Shown here piece after piece: positions 15,023 through 28,560 of a DNA stretch of 64,000 nucleotides. The DNA is from Octopus sinensis (Eukaryota). Made by a program: the position numbers and the translations under genes. How positions within the stretch are numbered: position 1 is the first letter of the stretch; each line of letters begins with the position of its first letter. Below the pieces are notes generated by a model. The model was not told the DNA's origin and ran no database searches. It was given only the letters and a program-made list of their open reading frames with translations. The DNA lies in NCBI RefSeq assembly GCF_006345805.1, contig NC_043013.1:11470001-11534000 (forward strand). Direction: 5' to 3'.

Positions 15023-15216
15023 TTCTTTCAAATTTGCTTCCATTTCTTGGCGAGTGTCTTCCCGACTCCTAGGCAAAGAACTCATAGTATACATTGGTAG
15101 GCCATTAAACCAAACTCAATAGTTCGGTTTAATGGCCTACCAATGTATACTATGAGTTTCTTTGCCCTAGGAGTCGGGAAGACACACGGCAAGAAATGGA
15201 AGCAAATTTGAAAGAA
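15023..15216. repeat. Near-perfect palindrome (fold-back element) in a TTA microsatellite
   Basis: Arms of ~95 bp (TTCTTTCAAATTTGC...CCAAACT / AGTTCGG...GCAAATTTGAAAGAA) with a 4-nt loop CAAT at 15117-15120. About 3 mismatches and 2 single-base indels by eye. Confidence 0.9.
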
Positions 15217-15400
15217 TTATTATTATTATTATTATCATTATTATTATTATTATTATTATTAAATATACTACTTTTGGTATTAATAGTAGTAGTGGTGGTG
15301 GTGGTGGTGGTGGTTTGTTGTTGTTGTTGTTGTTGTTGTTGGTAGTGGTGGTGGTGGTAGTAGTAGTGGTAGTAGTAGTAGTAGCAGCAGTAATAGTAGT

Positions 15401-15447
<47 letters not shown>

Positions 15448-15505
15448 TAGTAGTAGTGCCAACACAGCGCATAGCAATAACCACCACTACCACAACAACA
15501 ACAGT
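15217..15505. repeat. Compound trinucleotide microsatellite (TTA/TAG/TGG/TTG/CAG)
   Basis: Direct reading. Confidence 0.9.
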
Positions 15506-16077
15506 CATTCGCAACATTAGCTGATAGTACATAAGCATTTGTGCACACCAACATGTGTACACACCTGCTACACACCCCTACCCGCAACTCCAACCCCACC
15601 GCACACACACACATACATACGTACACCTGTAAATACACATTCGCATACGCACACATACAAATATACACACATATAAAACGTTAGGTGATTTCACAGTTGA
15701 TTAATCCACGCCAGTTCTTTGAACGACAACACTTTAGTACACAGCCTCTGCCAACATCCGCCATTCACTGCGCTCTATCGACATTTGATATCCGCTGTGT
15801 GCTTCCACTTTATAGAAAAGGAAATATTCCAAGTAAACGAGTTAACGGCTAAGATGTAGTTAAAATATCTCATTTCAGCTGTTTTGAACATTGTTAAAGA
15901 AAGCAAACGTAAAAGCTAAAGTTTGACTTATAAAATTGGCGATATTTTAGCTTTTCATTTTGACTGGAGATGAATTATTTCTAGTTAGAGAAGCGCTGTG
16001 TCATCCGTTTTTGCGTAGCTATTTACCTGCTTCTCTGTTACTCTGGATGTCTGCCTATCAATCTGTCAATGCATCTG

Positions 16078-16154
<77 letters not shown>

Positions 16155-16164
16155 TATCTATTTG

Positions 16165-16239
<75 letters not shown>

Positions 16240-16292
16240 GTCTGTCTGATATCACATGATGCCCTCTGTCAAATATTACATTCAAATATAAG

Positions 16293-16890
16293 GCAGCGAG
16301 CTGGCAGAGTCGTTAAGCACGGCGGGCGAAATGTTTAGCGGTATTTCGTCTGCCGCTACGTTCTGAGTTCAAATTCCGCCGAGGTCGACTTTACCTTTCA
16401 TCCTTTCGGGGTCGATAAATAAGTACCATTTACGCACTGGAGTCGATATAATCGACATAATCCGTTGGTCTGTTCTTGTTTGTCCTCTCTGTGTATAGCC
16501 CCTTGTAGGCAGTAAAGAAATAGTTATTTCGTCTGTCTTTATGTTATGAGTGGAAATTCCGCCGAGGTCGACTTTGCCTTTCAACCTTTCAGGGTCGACA
16601 AGTTAAGTACCAGTTGCGTACTGGGGTCGATCTAACTGACTGCCCCCCCTTCCTCCTCAATAATTTCGGTCCTTGTGCCTAAAGTAGAAAAGAATCATTA
16701 ACAAGCAGGGCAAGATGCTTTACGTTTGTCTTTGCATTCTGACTTCAAATGCCGTTGAGGTCGACTTTGTTTTTCAATCTTTCGGGAAACAATAAAGTAA
16801 GTACTAGCTCGGAATTGGGGTCGATGTCATCGACTTTCTCCCTCCACTCGGGCTTCCTGGCCTTGTGCCAAAATTTGAAACCGATATTAC
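16293..16890 (+). mobile_element. SINE family A, multimer
   Basis: Head at 16293; body repeated from ~16525 and ~16730. Confidence 0.75.
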
Positions 16891-16904
16891 ATAAAAATAT
16901 AATT

Positions 16905-17305
16905 TAATCCTTTCTACTACAAACGTAAGGCTTCAAATTTAAGGGAACGGATGTGTTAATTACATCGACACCAGCACTTGACCGGTACTTATTTCATCGA
17001 CCCCGTAAGGATGAGAGGTAAAGTCGATCTCAGCAGAATTTAAACTCAGAACGTATTGACAGACGAAATACCTATTTCTTTACTACTCACAAGGGACTAA
17101 ACATAGAGGGGACAAACAAGGACATACAAAGGGATTAAGTCGATTGCATCGACCCCAGTGCGTGACTGGTACTTAACTTATCAACCCCGAAAGGATGTAA
17201 GGCAAAGTCGACTGCGGCGGAAATTGAACTCAGAACGTAACGGCAGACGAAATACCATTAAGCATTTCGTCTGGCGTGCTAACGATTCTGCCAGCTCATT
17301 GCCTT
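16905..17305 (-). mobile_element. SINE family A, dimer
   Basis: Reverse complement of the family A body, twice. Confidence 0.8.
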
Positions 17306-17423
17306 CATTCAAATATAACATAATATTAAAGTATATAAGGAAGTGCGCGCACGGTGGTCTTCGTGTGTGTGCTAACACTCACACACCAAAATGGCTGTCC
17401 TTGTGGCATAATTTGAAACCTTG

Positions 17424-17456
<33 letters not shown>

Positions 17457-17940
17457 GTTTTCATTATAATTATTAATATTTTTATGAAGGAAACGTGACA
17501 CAGGGAGACGACAGAAATTTACAAAATAAAAAACAAGCATACGGTACAGACACGGTAAAGCACCATCACTTCTCACCTGAGAACCAAATGACATTACAAT
17601 TTCGATACCTTCCGATATTGCTGTTCAATTTGCTGTACTATAAACGATCAGAATTGTTAGACGAGCATGGGTAGAAAAAATGAGATTAGTAGACTAACAA
17701 TAAACGATACAGTGAAAGACAATTTATGAGGGTAAAGGACGCGAATATGTCACGAAATAAATAAATTGGCAAACACAATAGATATCTATATACACGTGAT
17801 TACCTATATGTAAGCAGGTGCTTATGTATCTATATATGTATATGTATACACATATATGTATATATATATATGTGTGTATCTATGAATATATGTGTGTGCG
17901 TTTGTGTATATATATATATGTGTGTGTGCATGTGCGTATG

Positions 17941-17971
<31 letters not shown>

Positions 17972-18948
17972 ATGAATTTATCTATATATCTGTATATTCA
18001 TATATATATATATATATAGTTGGATAAATAGATATAGATATGTATAAACATACACATACATACATGTACATATATATATATATGTATATATACATATACA
18101 TTGATATACATATATATATATACATATGTATACATATATATATATAAATATATATACATATATATACGTATATTATATATATATATACATATATGTATAG
18201 ATGTATGTATATATACCTATCTGTATATTTTATATTATACAAATAGTATAGATGTATATATGCATATATACATTTATGTATACATATATGTATGTATATG
18301 TAAGGATACATATTATATATACATTAATATATTATATTATATATATATATATATATATCTATATATATATATATATACATATATACCATCATATATTTGT
18401 GTCTGAAAGTATTATATATAAATATTCATTTACAGTAAATTACAATATTTATATGAATGAATTATAAGAAAAAAAGAATTGTAAACCCCTGTGAGAATAC
18501 CTAATCAGATAAAAACGTATTTGTTCAGATGGAAGAAAATTAGTATTGTTTAACCGAAGTTACAAACATTGCATCGCAATTCTCGTGACACTGCAAATTC
18601 TATAATATTACAATATTTTTAATAGCAGTATGATTATTCTATTGTTAGAGTCTATATTCTTGCTCACTAGCTGATATTTACAATTGGTCATTGCATCCCT
18701 AAGATTTGCTACTTTTCTGAGAGAACCACTGTGTGTACACTTGAACTAATCAGAGCCACAGGAAGTCTATTTTGTATTGTATGCTTTGTATACGCGTACA
18801 TTAGTTTCACCATCGGTGTGTAGACTAGAAGCCCGCTTTGCAAATACTTAGCATATATATATATATATATACCCTTCTGTCTGGCATTTGCCATGATAAA
18901 TCGCTAGCCACTACACATTCCTTATTTTCTATCCTTGTTTCTTTGTGC

Positions 18949-18987
18949 TCCTTTCTGTGGAAGAGCGTAGGCTCGAAACGTTAAGGA
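18949..18987 (+). ncRNA. Atypical minimal hammerhead-like motif in a PLE-type repeat
   Basis: TCCTTT CTGTGGA A GAGC GTAG GCTC GAAA CGT T AAGGA. Homologous to 32609-32646 (-). Core has A6->U and an extra A. Confidence 0.4.
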
Positions 18988-19747
18988 CTTTTTCACTTTC
19001 CGAGCATTATACTAATACATCTGTTTGTTGTCTACACCACCTGTCTTAGCCTTTAGTTTTTTTGTGAATTTTCCCTATATATATAATTTTTAAACAGAAA
19101 GTCAAACATTAAGGCAAGGTAAACATCTCAAGTCATATGCAATATTATTACAGGATGAAATTCAAAATCACACAGCTATTTCTGAGATAACCTCGAGTAT
19201 GGGATATTCTCTCATCAGATACAAATTGGGGTAAAAAAATATGGAAAATGACAACGGTATATATGAATAAGATGATAAGATAGCGGAAGAGAGTAAAGGA
19301 ATAAGGAAATGGAAAGAGAGAAGAAAGAGGCATATAAGTTCATAGTTCAAATATCCCAAGACACCAAAGCATGAATCGTTAGTGTAATCCTGCGTATATC
19401 CATGAGTGTCAGTCTTTAGGTACAATCTTGCGTACCTAATCGTTTAGATCACCTGTGAACTAAACCGCCATACTTTGTTTATATATATATGTCAATATAT
19501 CTCTCTATATACCCTATCTATCGATCTATCTAATTGTGTATATCCTTTATCTTTTATTTGTTTTAGCCATAAAACAGCGGTAGATTTTAGTCGAACAAAT
19601 CGATCCATACATATACTTATATACATACACACATACATATATACATACATACATACATATATATATATATATACATACATACATACACATATTATATATA
19701 TATACACACACATATGCACACACACACACACACACATATATACACGC

Positions 19748-20030
19748 GTGGTCTGATCAATAAGTATCCGGACTGCTGTTATAGTAAATAAGCTAATCGA
19801 CGGAAAGTGAAACCGCTCGGCACAAATTGGCCCTGAACTTCGTTGTAAATGCACGCTAAGTTTTAACGTTCTAGCTCAATTCCGCTGTTTACGACGGTGC
19901 TTGGGATGAACGTGTGCAGCGTGTGATCGTCGGATTGACTATGACAGATTAAGTTGAGCCATGAATCTGCGTCAAATTTTACCAAAAGCTTGGCGATACC
20001 TGCTCAGTGACCTACGCAAAGTTTTCACGA
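19748..20030 (+). mobile_element. Mariner 5' end (TIR and truncated transposase N-terminus)
   Basis: TIR-like GTGGTCTGATCAATAAGTATCCGGACT. Translates as MTD*VEP*ICVKFYQKLGDTCSVTYAK, matching the mariner EQRICIKFC-KLG motif. Confidence 0.75.
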
Positions 20031-20139
20031 AAGTTTTCATCGTTCTCGACACAACCAAGGAGCTCTCGTGCAACTGAAATCCGAGTGTCTTTTTGCTTAG
20101 GAGGGATTATCGCCCATGGGGGCGGGTAAATGTCCTAGA

Positions 20140-20235
<96 letters not shown>

Positions 20236-20815
20236 GTATATGTATATAAGGCAAGGTTTCAATAATATTCATTAGATATTTTTCCTTTACTACTATTTAA
20301 TTCGGCTACTTCCAGGGTTCATTACTGATGTGGTTACATAAATCTGTACGGCCTAAGAACATTAATGCTAATTTTGTTTTGTTGTTTTAGTTGTTGTTGT
20401 TGTTGCTTTAGTATTACATCTCATTTCGTAAAATTATGTTAAGTCTATAAGTCTTTAGTTTGTTTTAATGCTTTTGCTGAAATTTGCCATAACTTTAGCT
20501 CAAATTTTGACACGTAATCTATTTAATGGTTTAAATTTTAAAACTCCTTTAATGGGTCTAATTTGAAATTATATCCAGACCTCCTATGTTACGTGACTTT
20601 AAACAACTCAAGCTGACTGTGACCTCTCAATCCATCTGTATTTTATACCCTAGCTAAGCAGAGCTTTTCCGACCTCTACATCACAATATGATTATTATTG
20701 ATATTTCATTCATTTTCTTTAACAATTCCCTTACTCTGCTTCATAGAACCAATGACAAAATATTAAAGACTTAAGTTGACCACGTGTGTAAATAGCTCAT
20801 ATCATAATTCAACAT

Positions 20816-21290
20816 AGGTGCAGGAGTGGCGCTGTGGTAAATAGCTTGCTTGCCAGCCTCATGGTTCAGTCCCACTATGTGGGTTCAGTCCCACTGCGGT
20901 TCGGTCCCACTGCGTGTTCAGTCCCACTACTTGGTACCTTGGACCAGTGTCTACTATAGCCTCGGGCCGACTAAAGGCTTGTGAGTGGATTTGGTAGACG
21001 GTAACTGAAAAAGCCCGTTATATATATATATGTATGTGTGTGTTTGTGTGTGTGTGTGTGTGTATATGTATATGTTTGTGTGTCTGTTTCTCCCCACAAC
21101 ATCACCTGACAACCGATGGTGGTATGCTTACGTCTCTGTAACATTAGCGTTTCGGCAAAAGTGACCAATAGAATAAGTACTAGGATTACAAAGTATAAGT
21201 CACGCAATCGATTTGCTTGACTAAAAGGCCGTGCTCCAGCAAGGCCGCGGTCAAAATGATTGAAACAAGTAAAAGAGTAAAGAAATAAAA
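20816..21290 (+). mobile_element. SINE family B with an expanded B-box segment
   Basis: Homologous to 7464; four tandem GTTCRGTCCCACT units at 20864-20929. Confidence 0.85.
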
Positions 21291-21755
21291 ATTAGGCGTT
21301 ACCCATAAATAAAAGAATAACATTTGGAGAATATCTAACCAAAAAACAATGCAAATATGTTTAAATGTGTTAACCTGATTTCAAACACTAACGTTCTTTT
21401 CCCAAATTTCGGTCATGCTAGTCACCTCCTATTAAATGACCCCTTCTGACATTCTATCTATTCTTTCCTTTCTTCTCTTCACCTTATTGTAACTTCTTTT
21501 TCTCTTTTCTACTTGGCTCTTACCAATGACCGTACCATTCCTTCAGTTATAACTAAAGCAGCATTTATTTATTTTTTGTCAAGGATTTTGAACAGGCTGT
21601 CTCTTTCTTCTCTCTCTCTCTCTCTCTCGCTCTCCCTATCTCTCTCTCCATGCTCCCCCTCTCTCTGAAAAAATATATATAGATGCGTATGCAAGTACAT
21701 ACATACACTCATACACCCATCCCTGCATACATACATACATACATACATACATACA

Positions 21756-21789
<34 letters not shown>

Positions 21790-22637
21790 CACATATGCAT
21801 ATACTGCCACTCCGCCGGGTATGATGACGAGGGTTCCACTTAATCCCATTAACGGAAGAGCCTATGCATGAAATTAACGTGCATGTGCCTGACCAATCCA
21901 CACTCTTTGCGCACCTTTTAGGTAATTATGAAAGGAAATTCGGCGTTGTACAGAATGTGACAATGCCTCCATTTTAAGATACAGGCAAAACTCATTTATG
22001 CTATCTGACTAGACTGGACCAAAATGACCTTGCTCAAGGACACGACACGCCATGAGCTATCGAACCCACAACCTGACGATCTTGAACTGAACACTACAGC
22101 GACTAAGCCACGCATCTTCATAAAATGTATAGACGCACTCACGCACCATACATATATAGACATAGATATACCTTTGTGCTTGCTTTCCTTTGTATTTAGT
22201 TTTGTGTTTATATGTTTGCTTTCTTCAATGCGCATACCTTTCATCTGCGCACGTGTGCTTGCGTGCATGTTCCCATAAAGTTAAACAAATTTCAAAAACA
22301 ATTTATAACGCAATACCACTATATTGATGTATCAATCTTGAGCACGTGTGATGACCTCAAGTGGAAAGAACGGACAACTCTGAAAGATCAATATTGAGCT
22401 AACTGTTTGAAGAAACAAAAGTTAAAGAAAGTAAGTTACGGATAAGATATCAATTAGTCAATCTAATCACTGAATCAATCAACGTAGCCGTTTCCAATAA
22501 TTAAGAACGTAAAGTTAACAAATATATCTATCATGAACCCATTCCTGTCTACTTAGTGAATCTAATAAACGAAATTTTCAGGTAGAGAAACCCAGTGATA
22601 TATTGTATTGTACTGTGTGTGTGCATGTGTGTGTGTT

Positions 22638-22733
<96 letters not shown>

Positions 22734-22901
22734 TTTCTGTGTGTTTGTATATGTGCTGTGTTTATATGTACGTAAATGTGGCGCTACAGATGATACTGGT
22801 TAAATGTTTTACATCTACGCATCCAGGGAATAATATATCGAATGATGGATATACAGATATTTTTAAATATAATATAATATACCTTTTAAAAAGTATAAGA
22901 A

Positions 22902-22944
<43 letters not shown>

Positions 22945-23210
22945 TATATATATATTTGTTTTTATGTGGCGAGGTATATAGTAAGATAATAGATATTTAT
23001 ATATAAATATATAATGTATTTATAATATATGAATTTATGTGTGTATGTTTATATACATATAAATAAATATATATATATATATGTATATATACTTACATGC
23101 ATATCTATATATCTATCTATCCATCGATCTGTCTGTCTCTCTCTCTCTCCTATATATATTATATATATATAGTAGATAGATAGATAGATAGACAGATATC
23201 TACCTGCGAT

Positions 23211-23310
23211 NNNNNNNNNNNNNNNNNNNNNNNNNNNNNNNNNNNNNNNNNNNNNNNNNNNNNNNNNNNNNNNNNNNNNNNNNNNNNNNNNNNNNNNNNN
23301 NNNNNNNNNN
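23211..23310. other. Assembly gap (100 N)
   Basis: Direct reading. Confidence 1.
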
Positions 23311-24489
23311 GATTGACTGATTGACGAAAAATATACAGAACGCCTCTTACAATGATATCAATAGCCAAAGCAAGAGAAGAAAGGAAAAGATAGAAGATGG
23401 TATTTGGTCAGTGTGACATTTATACAAAATCAGATCACCTTTTGCGTACCATCAACCATAAGCTATTGTTCTCTCCTACCACGGGTGAATAGTATTGACA
23501 TCCAGCAAAAAAATGTTATACTTCCCAACTACTTTATGGTCGGTGGCAGGCGTTTGACATTTAGTGTTATATTTTTGGAAAGTATATAAGTCCAGTGGCT
23601 GGCTTTTGGCGTTTACTGTTATAATTTTGGAAGTCATGTGAATTGGGATGGTGAAGAGTATACAATCCAAAAGGCAACTATGGTATTGCTAAACTTACGT
23701 GGAATTGGATGCGTGGCTTTCAATCAAATAATGATATAAAATAATGTATATATACATATGTATATATGGGTACAGTATGTCAGCAACAGTACACAACATG
23801 AAATACGAAGACAAATGAGTTCAATACGCAAAGAACGAGAGAAACAAGTGGAAAACAGGACAAGTAACACAAAGAACGCCCTTTCATCAGTTGTCGGCTG
23901 TCTCTCTACTCCTCATTTCGAGCATTGGACGACAATATGGGTCTTCGAAGACAGTTGTTCCCTTAAGTACGAAAATAACATTTTGGATTTATGGAGGGTC
24001 AAATTTGGAAACAAAATCAGGATAGTGGAGACACAAAGAAACTGAATGAAAACAAACATGGAGGGTCATTAGACCAGATGAGGGTAAAATAGCGAACGCG
24101 GAAAAAAAATTTTTTTTACTAGAGAAAAGAGAGATAGGATACGTCAGTCCTTAGGACAGTCCTAAAACAAAAGAAATATGATCATGTGAAGAAAAGAAAG
24201 ATGGACGATAGTCACGGGCGAGCAAGAGAGAGAGTAAAGGAGAAAAAGGGAGAGAGAGAGAACCATGGGGAGAAAACAGTATAGAGTAGAGTCGCATCAA
24301 AAAGATTAATATTAACTTACTTATACAGTTCCTACTATATATATATATATATACATTTATATTATATAGAGGGCATTATTACACATAAATGCCGTACGCT
24401 AGGAGGGACTCTTAAAGTCATAACTACCAAAAATAAACGAATCGTACCGAATGCAGCTCTCGAAGCAAGACATTTAAAAACAGAATTTA

Positions 24490-24553
24490 GTTCCAGATCA
24501 CCTGTGATTTCGCAATTAACGTATTATGTACGTCTCTTGTTCTTCAGTAAAAC
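24490..24553 (-). ncRNA. Type I hammerhead ribozyme motif
   Basis: Minus strand: GTTTTA CTGAAGA ACAA gag ACGTA cataa TACGT taa TTGC GAAA TCAC AG GTGA TC TGGAAC. Canonical core, 6-bp stem I (two G-U), stem III ATCAC/GTGAT, AUC cleavage triplet. Confidence 0.7.
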
Positions 24554-24726
24554 GAATTCAAAATATATCATGAATGACAAAACCAAACTACACGGTGGAA
24601 CCAAACAGACAACCGTTTATTTTTGGTAGTTAAATATATATAATATAGATATTCTATATATATATATTATATATATAGATATATAGATATATATAATATA
24701 TATATATATATATTATATATATATTA

Positions 24727-24801
<75 letters not shown>

Positions 24802-26008
24802 TATTATATATATATAATATATATTTAAAAGATTTCTCTTTGCATATCTGTTATCACAGACGATCCAATTATATTGTCTAGATAGTGATATTCAATATAT
24901 CCGACCTTAGTTTCCTCACAGCTGCAATCATTATATATTATTTGAGGCTGATATTCTTTTCTAATTCTTCTAGGTTGAGCAACTGTGTAGAGGATTTTTG
25001 ATTGTCACTTCGCCCTCTCATATCATTAAATGTTGAAATCTAAGATTGCTATTGTCATTAACTTCATACTCAGTATTAAGGAATCAGTTTCATCCGACAT
25101 TTACCGTTCTTGTATAAAGTGTTGTATGGTAAAATTCTCAGATTTTAATTCAAGTGTACTCTCTCATGATCTGAAACGGTTCGTATCCAGCAATCGAAAC
25201 CCTAGCCTAGATTTTCTGTAATCTTATTTCCATTGTTCTAGGCATTCGTAGTTCAAAATTTTTGAGAGGCATCTGTCATATTCATTTCAACTTAGAGCAG
25301 CCATATTCTCTTACTTAATATCTTAGGTTAAATTCAGTCCAGCATAGACAAACCCATTCGTCTTCATTTATTCTTCCGTCCAGCGTCTAACTTTCGGACA
25401 TGTATAGCTATAGAAACCAAAAGGAATTTTCTCTCTTTCATTTGACACCTCTGCCAAAGGTGCATTCGCTCCCTTTCACTCAGCACATTACCAGATAGAC
25501 AAACCTCTCTCTTTGTCCGGCACTTCGACAAATGAAGATGTTCACACTTGACATAATATCACCAAGACGATAGTTGCTTTGTCGTTACTCTTATTCTCTC
25601 ACGACAGTAAAAAACAAAACTGACTAATGCAACCTCTGTGCTCCGTATTTAACAAGACTAACTGTGACGGACGAATAAAATACGTAAGAATTTACATTTT
25701 GTAATTTATTTGGTGCATATTACATCGTACCACGAAGTTTTAACAAATCGGCTATACCAATAAAAACTGCATCCGTTACATTTGTCAGTAACGAATCATG
25801 TTACAGATGTTAATTAGTGTTTATAGGTGACGTAAAGGTGTTCTTAAGCACCAGTGAAACACTGTAGAAAAGATTTATTCTTGTGCTTATATTTTGACAT
25901 AATATCCTCCTTGTTATTGACTGGACCGAGAGGAGGCATAATTTTATTGTCATATAAGTTGTTGCGGAAATGTGAGTTCTTAGGTTTGCGGAAGGCAATT
26001 CTGTATTA

Positions 26009-26067
<59 letters not shown>

Positions 26068-26284
26068 GTTATTATTGCAGGTGGCAAGCTGTTAGAGCCT
26101 TTAGCATGCTAAGCGGTATTCCCTCCATCTGCACCATCGGAGTTCAAATTCCACCGAGGTCGACTTTGTTTTTCACCATTCCGAGGACAATAAAAAAAGG
26201 ACCACTGAAACATTGGGGGTGATGTAATCGACTAGTCACCTCCCTCCAGATTTCAGACCTTGTGCTTAGTAGAATAGGACAGTA

Positions 26285-26400
26285 TCTTCTTCTTCTTCTC
26301 TTCTTCTTCTTCTTCTTCTTCTTCTTCTTTTTTCTTCTTCTTATTCTTCTTCTTCTTCTTCTTCTTCTTCTTCTTCTTCTTCTTCTTCTTCTTCTTCTTC
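26285..26400. repeat. (CTT)n microsatellite
   Basis: Direct reading. Confidence 0.95.
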
Positions 26401-27149
26401 AAGGACACCAATCTTGCATGGGATTTCTAGTTGCCTTAAGAAGTATTGAACTTTCAATATGATTGAACCCAACGCTCCAATCAACACTGGTATCACTTTT
26501 ACATTACCCTCTCACATTCCATACAGCCTTGCTATTTCCACTTTCAGTTCGGAGTACTTGGTGATTTTTTCAACTTGCCCATGTTGCCACGTAGTGGGAC
26601 TGAACCATGTGGCTGTTAAGCAAGCTACTTACTACACAGCCACTCCTGCGACTATAAGATATATATATATATATATATGTATATACGACGAGATGTATTT
26701 CCATCATTAACTAAATATTCTGATAACGTTGTTCTTAAGTCTTCAAATCCATTTATACGGTAATGTGAGCTTATGTCTATATTCCATTCAGTGTGTTTAT
26801 GAAATCCATCGATGTTTTCTGTTGATTTTGCCTTTAATATGCCACATGTTGATGCCATGTCATTTTCTTGGTGCGTTCATTCGACAGGAATTTCAATCTG
26901 TTAATTAACACTTTAGTAAGGCGTTTCTCATTTAAAAAGCAAGATGATATATGATAACTAATTTGTTTCGGCTGGCCTTGTTTTTTCTTTTTTGACTGTT
27001 GGCTTAATAGCTTTCTATTAATTTTATGAACTGTGCTTCCTGCAAAATGAGTGAAGATGTAACTGATTCTACTTGCAAATCATAGGTCTGTCATTGACAG
27101 TTTGCTGAATTCAATGCAGAAAATGTGGTGTCAATATATTGCACACTGT

Positions 27150-27755
27150 AAGACAGCGAGCTGGCATAATCATCGGCATGCCGGGAAAAATACTTAGCGG
27201 CATTTCGTCCATCCTTAGTTTCTGAATTCATATTCTGCTGAGATCGGGGTCGATAAAATAAGTACCAGTTGAATATTGGGATCGATGTAATAGGCTTTCC
27301 CAGACCCCGAAATTGCTGGGCTTGTGCCAAATTTTGAAATCAATGTATTGCATAATATAAGGCGGTGTGCAGGCAGAATCGTTATCACGCTGGGTGAAAT
27401 ACTTAGTGGCATTTCCTCCATCTTGAATCCCTGGGTTCAAATTCCGCCGTGGTCGACTTTACCTTTCATCCTTTCGGAGTCGATAAATTAAGTACCAGTT
27501 GCATACTGGGGTCGATCTAATCGACTGGCCACCTCCCCCAAATTTCGGGCCTTGTACCTGGAGTTGAAAAGAATCAGTGGCACGCCGAACAAAATGCATA
27601 GCAGCATTTCTTCCGACTCTTTACATTCTGAGTTTAAATCCCACTCACGTCAGCTTTGCCTTCATCTCTTCGGGGTCGAGAAAATAAGGTGCCTGTCAAA
27701 CGTTGGGGGTCGGTGTAATTGACATGTCCCCTTCACTCAAAATTGCTGGCCTTGA
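27150..27755 (+). mobile_element. Three adjacent SINE family A copies
   Basis: Heads at ~27152, ~27361 and ~27580. Confidence 0.75.
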
Positions 27756-28122
27756 ATCCTGCAACGGACCTGCATCCCATTCTGTCTAGATGTTGCGATC
27801 TTGGTCACTTATACGTCACGGAACAGAAAGCCAGTAACAGATTTTATGAGTCCCACGGCTCACTAACTAACTACTCAAGCCAGCCATAAGACGATAATTA
27901 ATTGAGTGACCAAAATGTGGGATAGAATACCTTGTGGTATTTTTTCTAAATTTCTACACTGTTAGTTCAAATCCCTTCAATTTTACTTTTTCTCATTCCC
28001 GAGTCGATGAAAACATACGAGTACAGGCCCGAAGACTGACATAACTATTAGAGGATTTAACTAGAAGCTTTGCAGTATCCGTTCTGGTAACACCTATGAA
28101 GACAATAATACATACATATAGA

Positions 28123-28515
28123 GGCGGTGAGCTGGCAGAAACGTTAGCACGCCGGGCGAAATGCTTAGCGGTATTTCGCCTGCCGTTACGTTCTGAGTTC
28201 AAATTCCGCCAAGGTCGACTTTGCCTTTCATCATTTCGGGGTCGATTAAATAAGTACCAGTTACGCACTGGGGTCGATATAACTTAATCTGTTTGTCTGT
28301 CCTTGTTTGTCCCCTCTGTGTGTAGCCCCTTGTGGGTAGTAAAGAAATAGGTATTTCGTCTACCATCACGTTCTGAGTTCAAATTCCGCCGAGGTCGACT
28401 TCGTCTTTCATCCTTTCGGAGTCGATAAATTAAGTATCAGTCAAGTACTGGGGTCGATCTCATAGACTGGCCCCTCCCCCAAAATTTCAGGTCTTATGCA
28501 TAGAGTAGAAAATAA
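28123..28515 (+). mobile_element. SINE family A, dimer
   Basis: Full copy, whose tail GAAATAGGTATTTCG re-enters the body. Confidence 0.85.
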
Positions 28516-28560
28516 TACATGCTTAAATTGTCTTCAACTGCTCTTTTATCTTTATAACTT

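Noticed and set aside
23870-23925. GAAA...CTGATGA order (type II-like), also at 55480-55535
   Set aside because: The intervening sequence does not form stems I or III.
24880-25400. Protein-like minus-strand frame
   Set aside because: About 8 stops in 150 codons, no better than random for this composition.
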